Source of the DNA: Minisyncoccota bacterium
Lineage (GTDB): Bacteria; Patescibacteriota; Minisyncoccia; Phycocordibacterales; PALSA-1337
Assembly (NCBI GenBank): GCA_036517115.1
Contig: DATDYB010000023.1
Location: forward strand, 2,839 to 66,838
Direction: 5' to 3'
DNA length: 64,000 nucleotides
The notes below the pieces were generated by a model that ran no database searches, was not told where the DNA came from, and saw only the letters and a program-made list of their open reading frames with translations. Below are positions 8,476-17,500 of the stretch, in pieces. Each line of letters opens with the position of its first letter. Position 1 is the first letter of the stretch. The position numbers and the translations under genes were made by a program.

Positions 8476-8506
8476 CAAAAACCGCTCGATAACTAGAAGC
8501 GGTTTA
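8476..8506 (-). terminator. terminator of the 8519-8896 gene
   Basis: The minus strand reads aaaccgct-tctagttatcg-agcggttt followed by ttgc. The stem accgct/agcggt is flanked by A and T runs. Confidence 0.5.
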
Positions 8507-8518
8507 TTGCAGCCTCAT

Positions 8519-8896
8519 CTATTGTATCTCCGAGATACTTGCCTCTAGTTCGGTGAAGCTTTCCATCTTCAGATCTTCGTCAATCGAACTTACTTCATCT
8601 GAAGTAGGTAGAGCTTCTGGCGTTGTTTCGACGTGCTCAGCTCCTGGCATAACTTCCCCGGTTTCAGTTTGATGTGTTACCGAGTTGATCCTCTGTCCCC
8701 AGAAATACAATGCACCGAGAACGAGTACGATGATAATAATGGTGGAGCCGACAATCGGTCCGACAGAATGTTTCTCTTGAACAGGTATCGTCTGTGTTGG
8801 TGGCGTTGCTACTGGAGGAGGAGTGACAGACGGTTGCGTAGGAACTACCTGTGCCGCGGACTGTGGAGGGATAGTTTGGTTTTGTAGTGGGTCCAT
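8519..8896 (-). CDS. hypothetical single-pass membrane protein, Pro/Thr/Gln-rich N-terminus
   Basis: 125 aa with TM segment GPIVGSTIIIIVLVLGALYFWG and an acidic C-terminus. Confidence 0.5.
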   Translation of the reverse strand: MDPLQNQTIPPQSAAQVVPTQPSVTPPPVATPPTQTIPVQEKHSVGPIVGSTIIIIVLVLGALYFWGQRINSVTHQTETGEVMPGAEHVETTPEALPTSDEVSSIDEDLKMESFTELEASISEIQ

Positions 8897-8904
8897 ATGA
8901 TTGA

Positions 8905-9558
8905 TTATTGAATAGTAGAAGGAGTAGTGGTTCCGCCATTAGTGCCCCGCTTGTCTTTGAGCGTGTCTTTGGCGCGGGCATTAATAGCTGCAATAGCATC
9001 GACGAGTGCTTTGTGTGCCTCCTTTACTTTTTGTGCTCCAACATTAAGTTTTCTTTTAACCTCAGCGATGGTTTGTTTAGGAGTGCTCGCGGTAAATGAA
9101 TCGATATTTTGGGATTTGATTGAATCGATCTCCTGTCGAGCAAGTGTGATCTTAGTCCGTGCTTCGGCGGCAAGACGCTTTGCGTCCGTAAGTACCGCTC
9201 CCTTTTCTTCCATTTTTACGATACGAGACTCAACACGCGCCGCGTTTTCTTCGATACGCTTCAGCGCTTCCTCGAGTTTTTGGATGGCGTTCCTGACTTG
9301 TATAACGATGCGCTCTTTAGCCACTTCTTGAGCTCGCGTCTTGAACTCGGCTTTTGTCGTTGAGCCGACGGCACCTTCTTTTTTCCTCTCCTCCTTAAAA
9401 TCTTCTTTGATAACTTTTGCTTTTTCTCTAACATCTTTCATTTCTTCCTTCGCGGCTTCTTTTCGTACGGCCGCCGGACGCATTTCTTGCGCGCTCCCGA
9501 TTATCGGGATGATCAAAAGGAGAGAAAGGAATGCAATAAAATTTCTTTTAGTATTCAT
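8905..9558 (-). CDS. secreted coiled-coil protein (hypothetical)
   Basis: 217 aa. The signal peptide is MNTKRNFIAFLSLLLIIPIIGSAQE, followed by Lys/Glu/Ala-rich heptad-like sequence. A TGgTATAAT box lies at 9586-9594 (minus strand). Confidence 0.55.
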   Translation of the reverse strand: MNTKRNFIAFLSLLLIIPIIGSAQEMRPAAVRKEAAKEEMKDVREKAKVIKEDFKEERKKEGAVGSTTKAEFKTRAQEVAKERIVIQVRNAIQKLEEALKRIEENAARVESRIVKMEEKGAVLTDAKRLAAEARTKITLARQEIDSIKSQNIDSFTASTPKQTIAEVKRKLNVGAQKVKEAHKALVDAIAAINARAKDTLKDKRGTNGGTTTPSTIQ

Positions 9559-9611
9559 GCAGACAGTTTAGTTGATAATGTGTCTATTATACCACTCAAA
9601 GAAATATCATC

Positions 9612-9645
9612 AAAGAAGCCCGCCAGATGAGGCGGGTTTCTTTGA
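9612..9645. terminator. hairpin terminator downstream of ppa
   Basis: gcccgcc-agatga-ggcgggt flanked by caaagaa and ttctttg. Confidence 0.5.
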
Positions 9646-9665
9646 GATTCAGCGGTTATTCGGAG

Positions 9666-10193
9666 CTACTTCGTTTCCAGACTTTTCTTGTAGAGTTTAA
9701 TACCCCGTGCGAATGCTTTTTCGGCTGCTTTTCGATCTTTAAAACCAGTGACATTCACTTCTTTTTCCTGAATTTGCTTGTAGGTTGAGTAAAAATGACG
9801 GATTTCCTTAAGTGTATGCTTATTGATATCTTTCAAATCCTGTACATCATCCCATCGAGGATCGTCTGCCGGTACACCAATGATTTTATCGTCCGGATCG
9901 CCTGAATCCACCATACCCATAAGAGCAATAGGTCGCACGCGAACCAAAATACCGGGAATAAGTGCGTAGGTTGTTAATACCACAACATCGATAGCATCTC
10001 CGTCATCCCATAAGGTTTGCGGAATAAAGCCGTAATCAAAAGGAAAATCTTGTGCAGTGTGAGCGACGCGGTCGAGCGCTATAATCCCCGTTTTTTTATC
10101 GATTTCATATTTGTTTTTTGAGCCTCGGTTGATTTCGATAATAGTGTTAATCCTCTCTGCTGTTCCTGGCTCAATGTCGTGTAACAAATTCAT
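9666..10193 (-). CDS. ppa: inorganic pyrophosphatase (family I)
   Basis: 175 aa with IEINRGSKNKYEIDKKTG, DGDAIDVVVL and MVDSGDPDDKIIGV motifs. Confidence 0.9.
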   Translation of the reverse strand: MNLLHDIEPGTAERINTIIEINRGSKNKYEIDKKTGIIALDRVAHTAQDFPFDYGFIPQTLWDDGDAIDVVVLTTYALIPGILVRVRPIALMGMVDSGDPDDKIIGVPADDPRWDDVQDLKDINKHTLKEIRHFYSTYKQIQEKEVNVTGFKDRKAAEKAFARGIKLYKKSLETK

Positions 10194-10218
10194 AATAATT
10201 AGTGGTTATGGTGTGTAA

Positions 10219-11361
10219 TTAGGATTTTTTTGCTTCCTCAACTTGCGCTACGGTGGCGCCTTTTACTGACTGGATGTCTATTTTCCACCCTGTAAGCTTA
10301 GCAGCGAGACGCACGTTCTGACCTCCTTTACCGATAGCGAGAGACTGTTGGTCTTCAGCTACTTTCACCATGGCTTTATTTTCTTCTTTATTGATTTCGA
10401 TACCTAATACTTTAGCGGGAGATAGGGAACTTGCGATGAATTTCTGAGGATCGGCAGACCATTCAATGATATCGATTTTTTCACCATGGAGTTCGCTCAT
10501 TACGGTGGTAACGCGTACACCTCGTCCGCCTACTAATGAGCCAATCGGGTCAATATGCGGATCGTTTGAGGCTACTGCGATCTTTGAACGGGAACCTGCT
10601 TCACGCGCGATTGCTTTGACTTCTACGCTACCATTACTGATCTCAGGAGCCTCTATTTTAAAGAGTGCTTCAAGAAACTTTGGATGTGAACGGGAAAGGC
10701 GAAGCATAATACCCTTAGGGCTGTCTTCCACTGCAAAAAGGTATGCGCGGATACGCTCTCCTTGACGGTAGCGTTCTCCTGGAATCTGCTCTTCGTAAGG
10801 GAGAAAACCGGTAGCACGGCCAAGATCGATGAATATATTACCCCGTTCCATCCTCTGCACCGTTCCGGTAATGATTTCACCTTGTCGTTCGCCGTATTCT
10901 CCGAGGACTGAGACTTTCTCAGCCTCACGGATCTTTTGAATAATGACTTGTTTGGCAGTTTGCGCTGCAATACGGCCGTAATTATCCTTTTGTTCCAGAG
11001 GGAACACGATCTCATCATCAAGCTTGGCGTCTTTTTTAATCTTTTTAGCGTCTTCAAGAAGAATATGGTGCTCCGGGTTATATCGAACCTTCACGTCTTC
11101 TTCAGCGACGTTCGTGATGTCCTGCTCCTCATCTTCCATGAGGATTTTTGAGCGGTCAACCACGATTTTAACCTGATAAAACTCGGTTTTTCCGGAATTT
11201 ATGTCAAAATGGGCCCGAACAATCTGGCCTTTTTTGCCGTATTCCTTTTTATATGCGGTGGCAAGGGCCATGGTAATGGCCTCAAGAACCTTCTCTTTTG
11301 GAATACCGCGCTCTTCTTCAAGCTGCTGCAGCACCGAGTTGATGACTTTAAGATCGAACAT
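10219..11361 (-). CDS. nusA: transcription termination/antitermination factor NusA
   Basis: 380 aa with an N-terminal domain, an S1 domain (GEIITGTVQRMERGNIFIDLG) and two KH domains (GSLVGGRGVRV, LAIGKGGQNVRLAAKLTGWKIDI). Confidence 0.92.
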   Translation of the reverse strand: MFDLKVINSVLQQLEEERGIPKEKVLEAITMALATAYKKEYGKKGQIVRAHFDINSGKTEFYQVKIVVDRSKILMEDEEQDITNVAEEDVKVRYNPEHHILLEDAKKIKKDAKLDDEIVFPLEQKDNYGRIAAQTAKQVIIQKIREAEKVSVLGEYGERQGEIITGTVQRMERGNIFIDLGRATGFLPYEEQIPGERYRQGERIRAYLFAVEDSPKGIMLRLSRSHPKFLEALFKIEAPEISNGSVEVKAIAREAGSRSKIAVASNDPHIDPIGSLVGGRGVRVTTVMSELHGEKIDIIEWSADPQKFIASSLSPAKVLGIEINKEENKAMVKVAEDQQSLAIGKGGQNVRLAAKLTGWKIDIQSVKGATVAQVEEAKKS

Positions 11362-11382
11362 AAGTGATTTTTTAATTTTTCT

Positions 11383-11412
11383 AAAAAAACGAGTTCGCCG
11401 CGAGGCGAACTT
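11383..11412 (-). terminator. intrinsic terminator inside the nusA leader (candidate attenuator)
   Basis: The minus strand reads aagttcgcc-tcgc-ggcgaactc followed by gttttttt, ending 21 nt before the nusA ATG and downstream of the predicted promoter. Confidence 0.6.
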
Positions 11413-11421
11413 AACAGATGT

Positions 11422-11450
11422 AATATATCAAATCTCATCTTTTCGGTCAA
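11422..11450 (-). promoter_or_regulatory. nusA promoter TTGACC-17 nt-TATATT
   Basis: The minus strand reads TTGACCgaaaagatgagatttgaTATATT. Confidence 0.5.
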
Positions 11451-11514
11451 GTGCGAACTTTATCCACACTACAGGGAACTTAGGATCAGACAATTGAAGG
11501 TATAATTGTGCAAT

Positions 11515-14500
11515 ATGCGATTTTTCTTTTCCGTATTGTTTGCAATACTGGCTCTATTTCCGTCTAATAATGTATTTGCAGCGGCGGAAACACTATTCCT
11601 AGTTGGCTTTGATGGAACGTTTCAAGATTTTTCAAAAAATGATTCGAGATACATCAATAATAATTTTTTCATTGATGATGATTTTCTTAAGGATAATGTA
11701 CTAGATGGTCGAAAGGAATATACTAAATTTGGAGAGGGTAGCTTGCGAGTGTATGGCTGGCAGGATGGAACTAAGGAGGGAAAGTTTCATGAAACAAAAA
11801 TCAGTTTTCTACCGAAAGAGGATATTGATGTGGGGACCAGCGAATTCACTATAGACTTTTGGGTCTACCCTTTTGTCGATATCACCACAGACAAGAATAC
11901 TGGCAAGTTTTTTGAACTTCTCAATACCAGAAAGAATACTTCCTCGCTGTACCCGAATTCTAATTTAACAATATGGCGAGACAAGGATGCAGGGCGGGGC
12001 AGCAACAAGCCTTACCTTTTATTTACTGAAGATAAATTCTCGGCAGACGGTACTGCCGTGGCGGAAGAGCTACTCAAGGCACAAGCAGGAGATGATGTGA
12101 TCCGAGGTCAATGGAATCATGTTGCGGTACAGAGAAAAAACACCGCGACGGATTCAAAGTTTACCGTTGCGGTGAATGGTAAGATTGGTCCTGCCACATC
12201 AAAGCCTTTGAGTTTCAAAATCCCTCCGATGAATCGGGCGATTTTCAGTAAGTTGAGCAATGTAGTGTACGGCTTCCTCGATGAGGTGCGCGTGGTAAAA
12301 GGCGAAGCCCTATGGGCAGGAGGAGAAGCCGGAAAAACATTCGATATAACCTCGATTACTTCGGCAATCACTCCCGCCATGAAAGGAAGAGCTAGACCAT
12401 TCACTCCCTCATCTAAAATCTTGCCCGAGGATGTGCCTCCTTCATTTGTCATACCATTTGATGACTCACTTGTTGCGAGTCAGGGAGGAACTGTGGCCCC
12501 GGTAGATCCAAAAGTATCTTCCCCGGCAATAGTTAAAGATGTAGACACTCAGGTGGGAAAGGGAAGCGCGTTCTTTGCGGGTGAGAAAAATGGACTGGTC
12601 TACACTGCCTCAGGAAATGAGGTGGATTTGGGTAATGGCAATTTCACCATAGACTTTTGGGTGTTACCTGAATTACTTTCATCCGGCACCGCCGGGGAAT
12701 CTCTTCAGCTGTTCTCTCTTAAAGATAGCTCGAATAAAACCTTTCTATTACAGAGGTATAACTTTACAGGGGATACTAAGACACTTCTGTTCGGACCTGT
12801 TATTGACGCATTTTCTAATCCGAAAAACGCACGTGGTGCAGATGTGAGTCCTACTGGCGTATCTCCATGGTGGCTTGATATTGAAGCGAGGCGCTGGAAT
12901 CATGTTGTAGTCCAAAAAGATGGACCGTATCTGCGCCTTATGATAAATGGTGTCGTAGGTGGTGCCGCGTATTCTGTCCCTTTCACTGGCAAAACTACAC
13001 TAACGATTGGTGGTGTGGCAGCAGCAAGTACCGTCGGAGGGAAAGTCTATCCGTTCAAGGGTTATATCGACCATTTCCGAATTACCAAAGCGGCTCTGTG
13101 GCCAGGTGTAACACGAGGAGACAAGATAGAATATCTAGCTCCGAAAGGAGGTGAACCTGTCATCATAGAGAGGCCAGTAGAGATTGACCCATATGCCAAC
13201 CGTAGTGAGGTACCCGGAAAAGAAGGCATTCCTACATTCCCGAATCTTTCTTCAACCGAAACATCAGAAGAGCGAGACCTTCCGGAAAGAGCAATTGCAC
13301 AAGAGCTGTTGATACAAAATCTGGACGGCTCTCGAGACTATACTAATTATTATGACGATAGAAGCGTCTTAGTAAAGAGCGTCTTTTGGGCAGAAAACAC
13401 CGGCGATAAAAAATTGAAGACGCTGGAGTACGATGCTTCGGGAGAATTATACAAAGAAACACATTTTGGACCAAAGGGCGCTATTGCCGACACGTATTTC
13501 TATTATTCCGCGGCAGATGGCGGTTCGTTGCACAAGGAAATCCTTCGTCGAGGAGACAAAGAGCTCTACACTCGGTTTACCCCACAGGGAAAAATTGCTT
13601 ATGCCCATGAAGTGAAGGGAGGAAAGTATGTCTATTCTAAACATATTAACTATGATCAAAAGGGAAAGGTGCAAGACGATCTCATCATATATGGGCCAGA
13701 TCAATTTGAGAAAAATGTGTATGTGGCGAGCGAACAAACTGGGCAGGTGAGGGAGATTAGAAATTATACAAAGACTCCAGTATCTGCAGATGGCGCTCCA
13801 TACGCATATACTGCAACCCTACTTGAAAACGAAAAAGTTCTTTCTAAAAAGACACTGTACGCGGACAGTAATTTTAACGTGCGAAAAATGGTGCTTTCAT
13901 CATTTGATGCGAGTGGAAAGCACCTGACTATCGAAAGAACGTTTGATTACATCAATAATCTGCAACACTATCTGGAATATCATACCAAGGGTGAAAAAAT
14001 CATCGGCAAGAAAGCATCTGAATACACTTGGAATATAAGCGACGGAGCGTACCGTTCTAAAACTACCTATGACTACAAAGGTCTTGCGGGGACATTTGAA
14101 GCTAAAAACAAAAAGATCGCGGGTAGTGGCCAGCTGCTTCATTATGTGAATGATGACGAAGCTGTCGATACCGATACCACATTTACTTATCAAACCATCG
14201 GCGGAGTAGTGAGCTGGAAAGACAAGACAACCAAGAAGTATGACAAAGATGGCAAGCTTATTAAAGTAACGGTAACGGTATTTAAGGAAAAACCCGAACC
14301 TACGGAAGATTCAATTACCGCCTATGATGGCGATTCAAACAAACTCTCTCTTACACGCTTTAATAACGGCGCGCGTATCTCTACAGAATTTTATGACAGT
14401 TTTGGAAATATTTTCTTTAAAAATAAGTACCAGAATGATGTTTCAGGTGGGTACACAGTCAAGTCATATTATGTTCTTGGTGCCAATGAGATTCCAGCGG

Positions 14501-17500
14501 GGGAAAATACCTATACTGCAGACGGCTCTCTCGCGAGTGATCTCAAGAAAGACGAACTGGCAATGAAAAACTACGGAGACGCACTTCTTGTTTCCTTAGG
14601 TGTCTCCAAGTCAGGACTTACTGCGTCAAACGAGAAAGCTAAACTTCTCGAAGTCTCGAAGAAAATCATAGGAGCATATAAAGAAACGCTCACGAATTCT
14701 TCTGTTGCAGGCTCGAAGCAAAAGAAATACCGAATATATGCAGATTTTGTAAACAAATTAACGGCAGGGGTATTCGCGATTGAGCATGCAGTCTGGGGTG
14801 CTGATCCGGGGAAGTCATTGGTCAACGATCATCAGCTTGAATATACAGCAAAGCCATGGACCGGCGTCGATGCCGCGAGCGGGCAAGAATTTTTTGGAAT
14901 CTACATTATGCCAGGGAGAGTCTCACCTGAGTCGCCTGATGCCGTGTTTATTGACATGGATATTAATAACCCAGCTGTTCTTACTACCGTTCTCGGAGCA
15001 TCTTCATATGACGCACTGAAATCTATTTCAAAAAAGAAGGAAAAGTGGGATTCACTCTCGGTGCTTCCTTCCACGGTATATGGTTCTACGGGCACAACAT
15101 TGTATAGATACAATCTGAGAGCAAACAATGGCACAGGAGCGTATCTCTCACTTAAAGAGCTCACTAAGGCTGATCCGACGATTAACCTTCTGCTAGATCG
15201 TATGCAGAAAGATTTAGGTGCTTCTCTTAGTCCGACACTTTCTGATGAGGAGGTGATTAAGATTTTTTATGAGTATTTCTTCGAGACAAATCTTTTTCAA
15301 TATATCCATGATCTTGGCGACGTGTCGCAAACAGTGAATGAAACATTAACCCGTGGAGGCGGAGACTGCGAGGATTTTGGAATATTTGCAGCTAGCTTAT
15401 TGCACAATCTATTTTTGAGGCTCGATAGGGGAGATGCAGCGGCGCGTGTGGGACTCGGACTTGTACATGTCGATGCTTTCGGAAAGATTTCATCCAAAAA
15501 CGCAGGAGCGGGACACGGTTCTCTTATGTTTAAGGCGAAAAATGGTAGCCACTACTATATTGAGGCGAGCTACCTCTTTACTGGCTCAGCGGGTAGCTAT
15601 GAGTTTAATCGCGACAAGATACTCACCGTCCTCGCTCCGGGAATAGGGGGCGCAGGGGCTAAAACAGGAAAAGTTGAGGTGGTACCTAACGGGTGGTATG
15701 TTGAGGCGCTTACCTTTAATCCGATTGAAGGAGTGACCGAAGCGTTTGCTGCATCTCAATTGTTTTCTGTGAACAAAATAGCACCTTCTCCAGTTGGCAA
15801 AAGTGCTGCAGAGAAAATATCGTCATTGCCGACCTATATCGAGCCATACAATAGAAAAGTGAATGCGCTTGCTGATTCTATCGTCAGATATATTCCACGA
15901 TTTAAAGACAAGACTCCCGAGTATCTAGCGGAATATGTGAATATGGTGATGAAAGAGTACAGCGTTTACCGTGCTGACGGCAGAGGTGATACTTGGGCAC
16001 GTGTCGACGTTACTCTCTCATCGCTTGACGGTATCCGAGGTGATTGTGAAGATCTCGCGTTTGTCGAAGCCAGTCTCTTGCAAAACATTCTCACGAAATA
16101 TTATATGAGCCGTGGGGATCTTTTGGTGAATGCGATGATCAGAGCGCAGGATCATGTAATGGTTATCGCTCAAAACAACTACGGCGGAGTTACGGGTAAA
16201 GCCCATTTGCTCGTAGGGTTTGTTTCCCCTCGTGCCGACAGTGACCTGACGACGGTGCGTCTCATGGATCCCCAAACGGGAGTGATGGAAGCATCGAGAC
16301 CATTTTCTATGTTGTTTACCGATCAGTATCTTTTCTTCGCTAACACGGACAAGATCACGACCATCACCTACTATGATTGGAGTACTCTGAACCTATCTGC
16401 TTCGGTTAAACAATCTGGGGAAGGGAAGAAAAAAACTGAGAAAGTAAAACCCGTGCCAGCAGAAACAGGCGAAGTATTTACAGACGCAGAGATTGATGCG
16501 GCAGCTGCATCAATCCAAAAAAAACAGAACGAAGGAGGGACATTTACCGCCAAGGAAAAGGCCATTTTCGATTATATGAAGGAAGTTTTAGAGTATGAAC
16601 AACGTCTGGATGATATTGGGGGAGAAATCGATGGTTTTGAAAGTATAAATGACAAAGCGGAAGTATTCATCAAAAAAAGTCTGGATACGATAGATGCCGA
16701 TGTTGCTAAAATTGCGGAAAAAGTGGAGCAAGGAAAGACGTCTGAGATAACCGCATCAGATGGCGCTGCGCTTGTCGGTGCCCAAAATAAAGCTCAGGCG
16801 GGTAAAAGTGTTCTACACGACTCAAGCTTGTTTGCCGGATTGGAAGGTGGAGACGGTTCGCAGCCGTTTCCACCAATCGATCTCAATGGGGATTATGTCA
16901 TCTTTGATCTGGAACCTTCTCAGCCGATCGATCTCATCCATCCAGCCCTTGACCCTAGCGCGTGGGGCAGTGACTTTACGCCAGCCGCTCCCGTCCCCCG
17001 ATCTGAAGTGGCACTTCCAGGCTCCGCTCCTGACGGGCCTCCCCCGGGCTTTCGTGTCGACACGAGAATATCTGATTCAAAGTTAACACCTGACCCGATC
17101 GTGAGCCCACAACAGTCATTTGTGAGCGCTGTGGCGAAAGTCTATTACGTATGGCAGATTCCACCAACGCCTATATTTGCTGGACCTGCAATTTCAAACA
17201 ATATGTTGTCGACGATAAATCCTCTTAATGGACAGATTACGTTCTCAACTCCTGTTATACCCACAGGTCTTCTTAACAATAGCTGTCCCAACGGAAACAC
17301 CGTTACCAAACTATGCAGTGATATTCCTGCATCCGCGCGGGTTACCGTCAAACCGGAAAACTCTTATTTTGTAGGCAGGGATACCTGTGCTTCAAGCGTG
17401 AATATTTGTTCGGATGATACTACGTTCAACACTGGTTGGCAGTGCAATCCTGGCTTCATTCCCGCGCGCGGCAAGTGTATAAAAATTGATATTGAGATAG

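Noticed and set aside
11460-11468. Perfect DnaA boxes TTATCCACA at 11460-11468 and 63079-63087 as a replication origin.
   Set aside because: They are isolated single boxes 51 kb apart. There are no clustered boxes, no AT-rich unwinding element and no dnaA/dnaN nearby. About one chance occurrence is expected in a window this size.
13300-14700. The 2556-aa protein as an RHS/YD polymorphic toxin.
   Set aside because: The YD-like repeats are few. There is no RHS core-ending PxxxxDPxGL motif, no C-terminal toxin domain and no adjacent immunity gene. The C-terminus is made of adhesin-type domains.
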